A stretch of DNA of 64,000 nt from Nitrosopumilus sp. (GCA_965205425.1 CBDBGZ010000009.1:704001-768000); one strand, 5' to 3'. Shown: positions 39,545 to 50,430, counted from the stretch's first letter. The notes: a model not told the origin generated them from the letters alone. Numbers and translations are program-made.

Positions 39545-41017
39545 TTGAAGAATAAATTGCCATATAAAGTCAGCCACGGTAAAGCAATCCCAATATCATA
39601 CTCATCTGACGAAGTCTTTTCAAGAATTCAACATGAAGGTATTCAGTTTATCGATCTACAATTTACAGGACTTACAGGTCATTTTCATCATACCACAATT
39701 TCAGCAAATACCTTTACTCCAGAACAAATGAGAGATGGATTACCAAAATTAGATGGTTCATCGATTATTGGTTTTACAAGTATTGATGATTCAGATTTAC
39801 TTTTAAAACCTGATCCAAATACATTTGCAATAATTCCTTGGATGACTGAAAATAAAACTGCCAGACTTCTATGTGATGTTTATTGGGGTGAAGATAGAGG
39901 ACGATTATCAAGAGATCCTAGAGGCATTTCTCAAAAAGCTGAAGAATATATCAAAACTCAAGGATATGATTTTAGTACATGGGGTCCTGAAGTTGAATTC
40001 TTTGTATTTGATAAAGTTCATTGGGATGTTCTAACACCATACAAAGGTCAATCATATTCAATTGAATCAAAAGAAGCTCCATGGAATCAATCAGGTGATG
40101 GATATCCTATGGGATTACAGGAGGGTTACTATCCAAGTACTCCAGCAGATACTCTTACACCATACAGGAATGAATGTGTAAATATTCTCAATAAAAATTT
40201 CGGAATTTTATGTGATAACCATCATCATGAAGTAGCAACAGCAGGACAGTGTGAAATTGATATCAAATATGATCACATGACAAATGCTGCAGATGCTGCA
40301 CAATCATACAAGTATGTTATTAGAAATGTCGCACAAAAATATGGCAAAGTTGCAACAATGATGCCAAAACCAATAGCAATGGATTCAGGTTCTGGTATGC
40401 ATGTTAACGTTAGTTTATGGAAAGACAATCTCAATGCATTTTATGATCCAGATGATGAAATTGAATTAAGCCAACTTGGAAGATATTTCTGTGGTGGAAT
40501 AATTAACCATGCAAAAGCATTATCTGCTATTTGTAATCCGACTACCAATTCATACCATAGATTAGTTCCAGGATATGAGGCTCCAGCATATATTGCATGG
40601 AGTTCAGGAAACCGTTCTGCAATAGTTAGAGTCCCAAAACATCTTAGAGGAAAAAATTATGCTAATCTTAAAAGACTTGAATTTAGAGCACCAGATCCTT
40701 CATCAAATCCATATCTTGTATTTGCAGCAGTTACTGCAGCAGGAATGGATGGAGTAAAGAAAAAGATGGATCCTGGAGAGGAAGTTCGTGATGATATCTT
40801 CAAAATGACAAAATCAGATAGGGCAAAAAGAGGAATTGGAGTTTTGCCAAAAAGTCTCGGTGAAGCATTAGATGAGTTAGAGAGTGATAGAAAATTCCTT
40901 AATCCAATTTACACAAATGACGTTGTAGACAAAATTATTGAATTAGAAAGAAGAGATCAGCGTGAAATAGCCATTAGACCACACCCACATGAATTCTATC
41001 TATACTTTGATGTTTAA
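39545..41017 (+). CDS. glnA: Glutamine synthetase type I (paralog 2)
   Basis: DGSSI, GPEVEFF, HHEVATAGQCE and RLEFRAPDP motifs. Confidence 0.95.
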   Translation: MKNKLPYKVSHGKAIPISYSSDEVFSRIQHEGIQFIDLQFTGLTGHFHHTTISANTFTPEQMRDGLPKLDGSSIIGFTSIDDSDLLLKPDPNTFAIIPWMTENKTARLLCDVYWGEDRGRLSRDPRGISQKAEEYIKTQGYDFSTWGPEVEFFVFDKVHWDVLTPYKGQSYSIESKEAPWNQSGDGYPMGLQEGYYPSTPADTLTPYRNECVNILNKNFGILCDNHHHEVATAGQCEIDIKYDHMTNAADAAQSYKYVIRNVAQKYGKVATMMPKPIAMDSGSGMHVNVSLWKDNLNAFYDPDDEIELSQLGRYFCGGIINHAKALSAICNPTTNSYHRLVPGYEAPAYIAWSSGNRSAIVRVPKHLRGKNYANLKRLEFRAPDPSSNPYLVFAAVTAAGMDGVKKKMDPGEEVRDDIFKMTKSDRAKRGIGVLPKSLGEALDELESDRKFLNPIYTNDVVDKIIELERRDQREIAIRPHPHEFYLYFDV

Positions 41018-41292
41018 GCTCTTCCAGTAAATTGAAAAATATAGTATAATGAAATAGCCATTAAAGCAAATCCACTTCCTAGAAATATTGCTCTTTTACT
41101 TTCAGATGTAGCAGCTCTGTATAACAAAACTCCACCTGCAAGACCAACAAATAATATCAATACTCCACTAATTGTTCCGTTGAAACTTGATTCGGTAATA
41201 AGCGGATGAAAGATTCCTGAAAGTAATGCAAAAAAGGCAACTAGGTAAACGTATTTGAAACTAGTTAGCATTTTGGAAGATGTTTTATTCAA
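41014..41292 (-). CDS. Small membrane protein
   Basis: Three hydrophobic helices. Confidence 0.6.
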   Translation of the reverse strand: MNKTSSKMLTSFKYVYLVAFFALLSGIFHPLITESSFNGTISGVLILFVGLAGGVLLYRAATSESKRAIFLGSGFALMAISLYYIFQFTGRA

Positions 41293-41346
41293 TGTTGTTC
41301 GTAAATTTGATTAACAATTAAAGTTTTGAAATTTTTTCAAAATAAT

Positions 41347-43056
41347 TTACATCATTCCGCCCATGTCAGGCATTCCACCCATACCAGGTGGCATTCCACC
41401 CATACCACCCATACCAGGTGGCATTCCACCTTCTCCACCAGGTGGTCCGCCGGCAGATTTTTGAGTAGCAATAACATCATCGATTCTAAGAATCATACAT
41501 GCAGCTTCTGCAGCAGCTGAAACAATTTGAAGTTTAACTGCAAGTGGTTCAATGATATCACTAGATTTCATGTTACCAATCTTTGCTTTCATTACGTCAA
41601 TTCCAGTCCATTTTTCTCCTTTCTGTTGTTTTGAACGAAGAAGTGTAAGTGTATCAATTGGATCCATTCCAGCGTTATCAGCAAGTGCCATTGGAAGTTC
41701 TTCTAACGCATCAGCAAATTTTTCTGCCGCAAGTTGTTCTCTACCTTCTAAAGATTTAGCCCAACCTCGGATTTTGGTAGCTGCAAATGTTTCAGGAGCA
41801 CCGCCACCTGCAACGATTTCAGGTTTTAAAATTACGTCTTTTACGACCATTAAAGCATCATGAACAGAACGTTCTACTTCATCTACCACTCTTTGTGAGC
41901 CTGCACGAAGAAGAAGTGTTACAGATTTTGGATGTTTACATCCCTCAACAAATACCCATTTATCCTCTTCAATTTTTTTCTCTTCTACAAGATTAGCAGA
42001 ACCAAGATCTTTTTCAAAAAGATCATCGAGATTTGTAACTATTCTAGCTCCTGTTGCTTTTGCAAGTTTTGTAAGATCACTTTCTTTAATTCTTCTAACT
42101 GCAATAATTCCAGCTTTTGCTAGATAATGTTGAGCCATATCATCTAATCCTTTTTGACACAAAACTACATTTGCACCAGAACCAATTACTTTGTCAACCA
42201 TTGTTTTGAGCATTCTATTTTCTTCGTCAAGAAATGATTTTAGTTGTTGAGGGTTTGATATGTTAATTTTAGCATCAGTTTCAGTTTTACTAATTTCTAA
42301 TGCAGTATTGATTAATGCAATTTTAGCATCAGTAATTTTTCTAGGCATGCCTCCATGAACAATTTCTTTATCAAGAACAATACCTTGGATAATCATAGAA
42401 TCTTTGATAGAACCACCTGCTTTCTTTTCTACTTTGATATCATCAATATCAACATCAAAATTTTCGCCATCTTTTTCAGCTACAGCAAGAACGGATTTTA
42501 CAATAATATCTGCAAGTTGATCAGAATCTTTTCTAACAAGTTTTGTTTGCATTGATGTTTTAGCGATTTTATTTAGAATGTTTTTATCATTTGCTGAAAT
42601 AGTATCTGCAATTTCTTCAAGGTATTCTTTGGCTTTTCTTGCAGCTTTTCTATATCCATCAACAATGATTGTTGGATGTACTTCTTGATCAATTAGTGAT
42701 TCAGCTTGTGAAAGCAGAGCTCCTGCCAAGATAACAGCAGATGTTGTACCATCTCCAACTTCATTATCTGTAGTTTTTGAGATTTCAACTAACATTTTTG
42801 CTGCTGGATGTTGAACATCAATTTCTTTGAGGATGGTTGCACCATCATTGGTAATTGTAACGTCGCCTAATGAGTCGACTAACATTTTATCCATGCCTCG
42901 TGGACCAAGGCTGGTATGAACAATTTCAGCAACAATTTTAGCTGCTGCAATGTTATTCTTTTGGGCTTCTTTTCCTTTAGTTTCAGAACCGCCCTCTTTT
43001 AGCAAAACAACAGGCATATTTCCTTTTGAAGTTGCTTGCATTCCCATAGAAGCCAA
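41347..43056 (-). CDS. Thermosome (group II chaperonin) subunit
   Basis: [22 protein letters not shown] and ILRIDD motifs; GGM-repeat tail. Confidence 0.95.
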   Translation of the reverse strand: MASMGMQATSKGNMPVVLLKEGGSETKGKEAQKNNIAAAKIVAEIVHTSLGPRGMDKMLVDSLGDVTITNDGATILKEIDVQHPAAKMLVEISKTTDNEVGDGTTSAVILAGALLSQAESLIDQEVHPTIIVDGYRKAARKAKEYLEEIADTISANDKNILNKIAKTSMQTKLVRKDSDQLADIIVKSVLAVAEKDGENFDVDIDDIKVEKKAGGSIKDSMIIQGIVLDKEIVHGGMPRKITDAKIALINTALEISKTETDAKINISNPQQLKSFLDEENRMLKTMVDKVIGSGANVVLCQKGLDDMAQHYLAKAGIIAVRRIKESDLTKLAKATGARIVTNLDDLFEKDLGSANLVEEKKIEEDKWVFVEGCKHPKSVTLLLRAGSQRVVDEVERSVHDALMVVKDVILKPEIVAGGGAPETFAATKIRGWAKSLEGREQLAAEKFADALEELPMALADNAGMDPIDTLTLLRSKQQKGEKWTGIDVMKAKIGNMKSSDIIEPLAVKLQIVSAAAEAACMILRIDDVIATQKSAGGPPGGEGGMPPGMGGMGGMPPGMGGMPDMGGMM

Positions 43057-43150
43057 AACTCCGGATTCCCCTTTTATACCTTCCAGATCAAGATCGGGAA
43101 TTTTGAAATCATATCGGTGTTTTTAAATTGGGAAAATTAAGATCCAAAAT

Positions 43151-44473
43151 ATGGCTAAATCACAAAATCGACAGTCTTATGATAAAATATTTACAAAATT
43201 AAAGGATCATCACAAATGGTTTGAAAATTCAATTCCGTTGATTGCAAGTGAAAACATACCAAGCCCTGCAGTTAGAGAAGCAATAATTTCTGATTTTGGA
43301 AATAGATATGCTGAAGGATGGCCCGGTGAAAGAGTTTACGCAGGTTGTGTCTACATTGATGATGTAGAGTTTGAATGTATGAAATTAGCTAAAAAATTGT
43401 TCAAAGCAAAATTTGCCGATGTAAGACCAATTTCAGGTGTTGTTGCAAACTTGGCAGTGTATTCTGCATTTACAAATCCTGGAGACATTATGTTAGCACC
43501 TTCAATTCCAGCTGGTGGACATATTTCCCATGGAAAGAAAGAACATTCTGGAACTGCGGGACTAGTTCATGGATTAGAGATAGAGTTCTATCCTTTTGAT
43601 GCTGAAGAAATGACAATTGATGTTGATAAGACAAAACAAAAAGTTAAAGATCTCAAAAAAGCAAATCGTCTGCCAAAAATGGCAATGTTTGGTGGCTCAT
43701 TGTTTTTGTTTCCTCATCCTGTCAAAGAATTATCAGATTTTCTAAAGAGTTATGGTATGCATATCAATTATGATGCAGCTCATGTTGCAGGATTAATTGG
43801 TGGTGGAAAATTCCAGGATCCTCTAAAAGAAGGTGCAGACACTATGACTATGAGTACTCATAAGACTTTGTTTGGACCTCAAGGTGGACTTGTTTTAGGT
43901 TCAAAAGAACATGAAGAGGTAATCAAAAAAGCAACTTTCCCTGGTCTAACTAGTAGTCATCACATTCATCATATGGCAGGAAAAGCAGTTGCTTTTGCTG
44001 AAGCATTAGAATTTGGTAAAGATTATGCAGTCGAGGTAATCAAAAATGCCAAAATGTTTGCAGAAGCCTTGAGCGATATGGGATTCAAAGTGTTAGGTGA
44101 AAGTAGAGGATTTACACAATCACATCAAATTGTTGTTAATGTATTAGATTATTCTGATGGTGGAAAAGTAGAAGCTGATTTAGAAAAAGCAAATATCATA
44201 GTAAACCGACAACTCATTCCAGGAGATATTAAAGCTGGAAGAAATTATTTCCATCCAGGTGGAATTAGGTTAGGAGTTTCTGAGATTACACGACTTGGAA
44301 TGAAAAAGAATGAGATGCAAGAAATTGCTTCGTACATTAAACAAGTTGTAATTGATAAAAAAGATCCAAAGAAAATACTTTCAAAAATTAAATCATTTAG
44401 AAAAGACTATCAGAAAGTCAAGTTCTGTTTTGATAATAAATTGGGTGCTTACGAGTACGTCAAATTAAGATAG
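43151..44473 (+). CDS. glyA: Serine hydroxymethyltransferase
   Basis: LIASEN, RYAEG, GGHISHG, YDAAH and STHKTLFGPQGG motifs. Confidence 0.95.
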   Translation: MAKSQNRQSYDKIFTKLKDHHKWFENSIPLIASENIPSPAVREAIISDFGNRYAEGWPGERVYAGCVYIDDVEFECMKLAKKLFKAKFADVRPISGVVANLAVYSAFTNPGDIMLAPSIPAGGHISHGKKEHSGTAGLVHGLEIEFYPFDAEEMTIDVDKTKQKVKDLKKANRLPKMAMFGGSLFLFPHPVKELSDFLKSYGMHINYDAAHVAGLIGGGKFQDPLKEGADTMTMSTHKTLFGPQGGLVLGSKEHEEVIKKATFPGLTSSHHIHHMAGKAVAFAEALEFGKDYAVEVIKNAKMFAEALSDMGFKVLGESRGFTQSHQIVVNVLDYSDGGKVEADLEKANIIVNRQLIPGDIKAGRNYFHPGGIRLGVSEITRLGMKKNEMQEIASYIKQVVIDKKDPKKILSKIKSFRKDYQKVKFCFDNKLGAYEYVKLR

Positions 44474-44475
44474 AT

Positions 44476-47400
44476 TTACGCATAATCAGTAAGTAGGGAT
44501 TGATCTCCTTGACTCTTTCCAAAAACTAATTCTATTTCATCAGATAAAGCATGAATTCTTCCCTTTTGATATTCCCCAACATCATATTTCTCAACTAGTC
44601 TCTTTGCAAGTTTTAGATATTTTTCTACAGAACCTCTTGTAATTGTGGCAATTAGTTTATGCCCACAAACACAGGTTTGGATTAAGGGCATTCGACGAAA
44701 TGATTTTCCACAGGCAGTACATCTAAAACTTTGTCTAGCATATGCCCTAAGATTTCCCATTAAATCTGGAACTAGATGTGTTGAGATTACGTTTGAAACA
44801 AGTTCTGCCGGATCTACAACATTGATCAACTCTGCATTTTTGACTTGCATATCAAATTTATCCAGCATAGAACCAAGTGTAGAATATGCACTCCTAGATT
44901 TGGACGTAGTAAGAGATGAAGTGAGATGTGTAAAGTGATAATCATAGAATTGTCTTTCAGTATCAAGTCGGGCTTTGATTATCTCAATTGATGTTACATC
45001 TGACGCTTTTACTTGTTTAAATGTCGATTCAAAGAATTCCAAAGGAAGTATTTTTGTAACTTCAAGATTATGCGCTTGAGGTTGAGATTCATGTGGTAAA
45101 ACATGTGGTTGAACAAGTAATGGTGCATCCATTAAACCACCTATTGCATCAGATAGATATTGTTTTGAAAAATTTAGTAGGCTATCCATCAAAAGCATTA
45201 TAGAATCAGCATCTCCATCAGCATCTCTTCTTTTTGCAGAATGCCAATTCGGAGTTCCAAAACAAACATGTGTTTCAGAATACCCTATAATTCTGCCAAC
45301 TATTCCTACGGAGGTATGAGGAGCTAAACCAATTATTAAATGTCCAATTAATTCCTCTGAATTTTTTACATTATAAAATGAGGATTTTCCATAAAATTTC
45401 TGTAAAAGAACATCGATGTATTTGCATGTGGAAATTAAATATTTTCCACTTTCATAAGGAATAACAACGTCCTGCATTCGAAGTTCAATTATTTGATCTA
45501 TTGATTCAAGAGGTTTTCCGTCAATATCTTGAAAATACCCAAGTTCTTTTAGTTTCTCAATAGATGTTCCAATCCACGATGGTTTGAATTGTGTTAACGG
45601 AGAATTTGTAGCATCAGATCTTACTGTTCCATCTTTGAAAGTAGTTAATCCAAAGTTTTGTCTCACAAGTCCTTTTTCTAGAGGTTCTGCAATTTTGTCT
45701 TGACTGATTAATTCTTTTACTCCCTTGAAGGGTTCTTTGGCACGAATTCCCATCTTTTCTTGAGCTAAAAGTAATCTTGTTTTTAGTGGAAATGTTTGGT
45801 GAGTATGAGCAGGGGCTTTACGCTTGCATTTTTCACAAAATGGTTCTTGAAGGGTATCTCTGCAACTAGAACATCTGTATGAAATTGATGTTTTAGTACC
45901 ACAAATTGAACATTTTATGCTAATTGATGGTTGATTACATTGAGCACAATGACGATTGAAGATATTGGCAAAAAAATGTTCAGTTCTTGATGCTTTTAGT
46001 AGATCTCTTGTAGGTCCTCCTTTATCACTAATTGGAAATAATACATGTGTTGGAGGTTTCATTTGTCTTGGAGCTGCTTTTTCAGGTCTTCCTATTCTAA
46101 CTCCAATACTTGTTGAAAATTTATTTTTGATTTGAATTCCAGAAGAATTGGTTAGGATTTTTGGGACAGATAAATCACTGATAATTGGTTTTTCTCTAAA
46201 GAGTAAGTTAAAGAAAATTTTTGCTTCTTGTGATTCTAGAATTAAAGTTTCATTTTCAATTTTATGTGGAGTTCCCAAATTTTCAAGAATTTCTTTTATT
46301 TGAATTGAATATTCAATAGATGTGTCATTAACTTTTTTTGGTTCTAAAAGTTTGGTGAGTTCTTCAGATGATATTCTATCCCAGAAATACAAGTATTGAG
46401 GATGTAGTGGAATTTTAAAATCAAGTGAAATTTTTAATGCTTCATCGATTGTGGGAATTCTATTCAAAAATTGATTTAGATGTTGATCATTAGGCTCATA
46501 TTTTTGAATTTTTTGTTTTAATTCCTCTATCCAAAATTCTTCAACATAAGCTGATGGAACCAATTGTGCATTATTCTCAAGGAAATCTCCAAATGAAATT
46601 AGTATGTCACCTAAATGTAGAATTTTTTCAATTTCATTTTTAATTTCTACTCCATGTTTAACATCTCTAATTTTTACAACATTACCATTATTGAGACGAA
46701 CTGTTGGAGTGTCAATTGAATCTACAAAGGCTATAGTTGCTCCTTTTCCTGGAATGTCAATTTTGATTTGTGTTCCAACGGCGATTGTATGATCAAGAAT
46801 TTCTGCAATGACTGGATGAATACCTACTGCTGCAAAGCCAGTGTTACAAGCTCTTCCATATCTTAATCGAAATCCACCTAATTTGTTAGGCATAGATAAT
46901 ACTGATCTTCCAGTAATTACTTCACGCATTCTTTTCGCAGCAGCATCTTCTTGATTATCACCAGTTTGAACGGCTCCTTTCAAATCATTAAGCCATTCCC
47001 AACCATCTAGATTATACAATTCAATTCTTTTGAGGAGTTTTTTTGATCTTCCAATCAATCCATCATTAAGTACACGTAAAGCCCCACCTCTTACTCTATC
47101 AGTTTTAATTCTAGTCATGGATTTGTGATTAACAACTTCATATGGATCTGTATCCACACCAGCTAATTCGACTGGAAGATTAGAAATGACATGTTCAATA
47201 TCCTCATCCAATATATGAAATTGAAAACTACTGGCTTCTCTTTCATAGATTCGTAATTCTTCAACAAATCTGCCTGTTTCATCATCAAATGAGTTTGCTT
47301 GAAATTTTGATAAACCAGCTATTTTCCGTACATGATCTGCAATTAACAGAGTTACTGCAGATTCAGTTCCGCCTGCTGAACGCATTGGTCCAGCAATTGA

Positions 47401-47853
47401 AACAGAAAGATATTCTGTACCATCTTTGTTTTTCTTTATTTTTACTTCACTAATTCCTTGAAGTGGAGCAATAGTTACTCCTTCAGTAATAATTGCCAAT
47501 CCTACACGGACAGCAAGATCTAATTTGTCTTCTAAAGTGGCATCTGGAAGACAATATTTGCCTGATGCAATCTCTTTAGCTAAAATTAATGCTGAAAGCT
47601 CCTTTCCATTAATTTTTAAAATTTCTCTTAAAGGATCAGCAATATCGATTTCGTGCATTTTTGCAACTCTATCTGCCAAATCAAATGCAATTTTTGGTTC
47701 AATAATTCCTGATGAATCTGCTAAGCTAGATTTTGCTGCTGCTGCATGCTCAAATATTCTATATGTCTCAGTAGATAGGCTAGAATAGTAATCAAGATAA
47801 TAACTTGGCATTGCAATATCACTAATTCGAGATATTGCATCGTTTTCAGACAT
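44476..47853 (-). CDS. polC: DNA polymerase D large subunit (DP2)
   Basis: AGPMRSAGGT, GGFRLRYGR, RIGRPEKA and AKRRDADGDADS motifs; zinc fingers. Confidence 0.95.
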   Translation of the reverse strand: MSENDAISRISDIAMPSYYLDYYSSLSTETYRIFEHAAAAKSSLADSSGIIEPKIAFDLADRVAKMHEIDIADPLREILKINGKELSALILAKEIASGKYCLPDATLEDKLDLAVRVGLAIITEGVTIAPLQGISEVKIKKNKDGTEYLSVSIAGPMRSAGGTESAVTLLIADHVRKIAGLSKFQANSFDDETGRFVEELRIYEREASSFQFHILDEDIEHVISNLPVELAGVDTDPYEVVNHKSMTRIKTDRVRGGALRVLNDGLIGRSKKLLKRIELYNLDGWEWLNDLKGAVQTGDNQEDAAAKRMREVITGRSVLSMPNKLGGFRLRYGRACNTGFAAVGIHPVIAEILDHTIAVGTQIKIDIPGKGATIAFVDSIDTPTVRLNNGNVVKIRDVKHGVEIKNEIEKILHLGDILISFGDFLENNAQLVPSAYVEEFWIEELKQKIQKYEPNDQHLNQFLNRIPTIDEALKISLDFKIPLHPQYLYFWDRISSEELTKLLEPKKVNDTSIEYSIQIKEILENLGTPHKIENETLILESQEAKIFFNLLFREKPIISDLSVPKILTNSSGIQIKNKFSTSIGVRIGRPEKAAPRQMKPPTHVLFPISDKGGPTRDLLKASRTEHFFANIFNRHCAQCNQPSISIKCSICGTKTSISYRCSSCRDTLQEPFCEKCKRKAPAHTHQTFPLKTRLLLAQEKMGIRAKEPFKGVKELISQDKIAEPLEKGLVRQNFGLTTFKDGTVRSDATNSPLTQFKPSWIGTSIEKLKELGYFQDIDGKPLESIDQIIELRMQDVVIPYESGKYLISTCKYIDVLLQKFYGKSSFYNVKNSEELIGHLIIGLAPHTSVGIVGRIIGYSETHVCFGTPNWHSAKRRDADGDADSIMLLMDSLLNFSKQYLSDAIGGLMDAPLLVQPHVLPHESQPQAHNLEVTKILPLEFFESTFKQVKASDVTSIEIIKARLDTERQFYDYHFTHLTSSLTTSKSRSAYSTLGSMLDKFDMQVKNAELINVVDPAELVSNVISTHLVPDLMGNLRAYARQSFRCTACGKSFRRMPLIQTCVCGHKLIATITRGSVEKYLKLAKRLVEKYDVGEYQKGRIHALSDEIELVFGKSQGDQSLLTDYA

Positions 47854-47866
47854 AATATGTCCTCTA

Positions 47867-48619
47867 TTACTTGCTTCTTTGAATTGCTTTTGCTATTTTT
47901 TCGAGTTTTGTGAGACTTCCACCCTTTTCAAGGAAGGTTCCAATTACTAGAGCATCTGCTCCCGCTTTAACTAGACTTGCAGCAGTTTTTTCATCTTTGA
48001 TTCCACCACCAACAATCAAAAATCCATTAAATGCACGTCTTACGGTTTTTACCATTTCAGGCGTAATATTGGTTTTAGCACCAGATCCTGCTTCAAGATA
48101 GACAAATCTCATACCAAGAAATTGAGCTGCCAATGAATATGCTGCTGCGATTTTTGGTTTTTCAAATGGAATTCCTCTTGCTGAACCAACAAACCATGCA
48201 GATGTTCCATCTCCAATTACCAGATATGCTGTTGGAAGTGGTTCTAATCCAAATTTAAGGACACTAGGTGCCCCCAAAGCTTGTGCTTGGGTAATAAAAT
48301 ATGGATTTTCAGAATTCATTAGTGAACTAAACAATATAGCGTCAGCGTCAGGCACAACACCTGTGACATTGCCTGGGAATAGAATTATTGGAATTTTTAG
48401 ACCTTTTTTGATACCTTTAACTACTTGGGCCATCTCAATTTGATCAGTAGCGGATGAACCTCCAACTAAGATAGCTGATGCTCCAATCTTCTCAACATCT
48501 TTAGCAAGCTTGTTTGATGCTTCTAGATTTGATACTTCTGAGTCGATTAATACGAATAGTAATGCATTTTTCTTTTTTAATTCTGATTTTAGGAATGATT
48601 CTACTTTATCTCCAGCCAT
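47867..48619 (-). CDS. Geranylgeranylglyceryl phosphate synthase
   Basis: LVGGS, LFPGN, YLEAGSGA and VGGGIK motifs. Confidence 0.92.
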   Translation of the reverse strand: MAGDKVESFLKSELKKKNALLFVLIDSEVSNLEASNKLAKDVEKIGASAILVGGSSATDQIEMAQVVKGIKKGLKIPIILFPGNVTGVVPDADAILFSSLMNSENPYFITQAQALGAPSVLKFGLEPLPTAYLVIGDGTSAWFVGSARGIPFEKPKIAAAYSLAAQFLGMRFVYLEAGSGAKTNITPEMVKTVRRAFNGFLIVGGGIKDEKTAASLVKAGADALVIGTFLEKGGSLTKLEKIAKAIQRSK

Positions 48620-48683
48620 AAAGTGGGTTTGTGTATGTCTCTTTAAAGTTTAATTGGAATGCTGTATACAGATTTGTATAGTT

Positions 48684-49046
48684 ATGGATGAGTTAGAAGA
48701 ATCCAATTTTAACAACATTATACGAAAAATTATCAAAAAATCACTGTTTACAGAGCGACAAGTTGAAATTATTTTAAATCAAAAGGATCTTCTAGAATCT
48801 AATTTTTCTATAACTAAAGGTGCGTATTACAGGCAAGTTGGGCAATCTAGAGACAAATTAATTGGATTATTCTATTCAATCATACTTTTTCGTGGTCTAG
48901 GCATACTTTTGCCTGATGATATAGATGTGATATCAAAGCTTTCTGAACAGATTAGTGTGATTAATGAGAGTGATATTTTTCCTGAAAGGGAAGATGAAGT
49001 GATTAGTGTGGTAGATAGGCTCATCCGTCAGGCATGCAATATGTAA
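48684..49046 (+). CDS. Conserved small helical protein, possibly HTH-like (track start 48654; ATG at 48684 preferred)
   Basis: FTERQVEI...ITKGAYYRQ pattern; origin-proximal. Confidence 0.65.
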   Translation: MDELEESNFNNIIRKIIKKSLFTERQVEIILNQKDLLESNFSITKGAYYRQVGQSRDKLIGLFYSIILFRGLGILLPDDIDVISKLSEQISVINESDIFPEREDEVISVVDRLIRQACNM

Positions 49047-49606
49047 TAGATGTGATATGGTAGTTCGGTAACAAGGTAGAATGTGATAATTTGTGTGAGT
49101 TTGTTAATCTAAAGTGTGAATTATTGTTGTTCAATCACGATAAATCACGTCATAGGCATAGATGTTGTGATGTTAGTAGAAATTCCTGACCCTGAAGTGA
49201 TTTTAGGTGTGATTTTAGCATTTATTGTAGGAATTGTAGGTTTGTATGCATACTTCAAGATACGTCCATTTGTAAAAACTAGGAATGAGGTATTTGATGC
49301 ATCACAAGCAGAACGATTAGAATATTATGAAAGACAACTAATCGATATGAAAATACGCCTAGATGCCTTAGAAATTCAAGGAATTGAGCAAAAAGTAGAG
49401 GATCCCAATCTTGATCTAAAACAATTCTTAAAAAAGTTAGCAAAGAATGAAGAAAGACCTGTGGAGGTTGTTAACAAACCTGAAATTGTACCTGAAAAGG
49501 TGATTTCTACACCTAATATGCCTTCTATTATATCTACAAACCCTGTTGATTATGTGTTGCATCTAATCACAAACAAAGCTATGACATCACGTGACATACA
49601 AATCAC
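48927..49606. repeat. Dense GTGAT/ATCAC motif array overlapping two CDSs
   Basis: 16 exact copies counted in about 680 bp. Confidence 0.75.
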
Positions 49607-49748
49607 ATTAAAAAAGAGTAGAGAGCATACTTCACGCCTAATGAAAAAGATGTTTGAAGATGGATTTGTACAAAGAAATACCGAATCAAAACCATATACT
49701 TATTCAATTACTGAAAAAGGAATGGCAAAAGTAGAAGTAATCCAATAA
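49170..49748 (+). CDS. Membrane-anchored winged-helix DNA-binding protein (track start 49116; ATG at 49170 preferred)
   Basis: N-terminal TM helix, coiled coil, C-terminal TSRDIQ...SREHTSRLMKKM...GFV...YSITEKG wHTH. Confidence 0.75.
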   Translation: MLVEIPDPEVILGVILAFIVGIVGLYAYFKIRPFVKTRNEVFDASQAERLEYYERQLIDMKIRLDALEIQGIEQKVEDPNLDLKQFLKKLAKNEERPVEVVNKPEIVPEKVISTPNMPSIISTNPVDYVLHLITNKAMTSRDIQITLKKSREHTSRLMKKMFEDGFVQRNTESKPYTYSITEKGMAKVEVIQ

Positions 49749-49877
49749 TAAAATAGAATTTTTAGAGATAAATTTCAAATCTTTCCCTTAATTTTAGGGA
49801 AATTAGTCATATTTAGTAATGATAATAGAATTAAATAATTTATTAAATTATATATATTATTAAATTATAATAACAAT

Positions 49878-50039
49878 ATGTCAGTAAATGAGAATGAAGT
49901 ATTAGTGAAAATCACTTCTGCCGGAACAATTTCTATTCCAAAACAGTTTAGAAAGTATATGGACATCCAAAAAGGAGAATATGTTAAAGTAATTCTCGGA
50001 AAAGATCAATTATTGGTTAGAAAAGTTACTATTTCTTAA
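49878..50039 (+). CDS. AbrB/MazE/SpoVT-like small DNA-binding protein (53 aa, not in the ORF track)
   Basis: MSVNENEVLVKITSAGTISIPKQFRKYMDIQKGEYVKVILGKDQLLVRKVTIS. Confidence 0.8.
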   Translation: MSVNENEVLVKITSAGTISIPKQFRKYMDIQKGEYVKVILGKDQLLVRKVTIS

Positions 50040-50043
50040 TTGG

Positions 50044-50430
50044 TTATTGTTGTTTTTGAGGTATTTTGATAACTTGATATGTCCATTCTCTACCAGTTCT
50101 GGTTCTATTTACCCTACCTTTTGTAGAAAATCTTGATAGATATGTGGAGATTACACTAAGTTTAACAGGCTCATTATATTCATCTTCATATTTTTCTAGA
50201 ATGTTAGTTGATGTGAATTTTCCCATTGGAAAGAATTTATCCACAATATTCCAAATTTTAGAACCTACAGAATCCATGTTTGTAACTTCTTGTTCTTCTT
50301 CAATATTCATCAAGTCCATCATTTCAAAAATTTTGAGGATTTTGTCTCTTGTTACATTACCTTCTAATTTGATGTTATAACGAGCACCATCCGAGTCTTC
50401 CATGTCTATTCTAATCCGTTTTTTGGCCAT
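50044..50430 (-). CDS. Winged-helix domain protein divergent from cdc6
   Basis: C-terminal FTSTNI...LSVISTYLSRF...GRV...GREWTY wHTH pattern. Confidence 0.7.
   Translation of the reverse strand: MAKKRIRIDMEDSDGARYNIKLEGNVTRDKILKIFEMMDLMNIEEEQEVTNMDSVGSKIWNIVDKFFPMGKFTSTNILEKYEDEYNEPVKLSVISTYLSRFSTKGRVNRTRTGREWTYQVIKIPQKQQ

Noticed and set aside
18057..41017. Two glnA paralogues as a novelty
   Set aside because: Both are intact and sit in core context; multiple glnA copies are, to my knowledge, ordinary in these archaea
41355..41445. Direct repeats at the thermosome 3' end
   Set aside because: They encode the usual GGM/PPGM chaperonin tail
45610..45625. DP2 reads VRSDATN where an aromatic residue seems more usual
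   Set aside because: A single-base difference that cannot be judged without an alignment; may be a variant or an error
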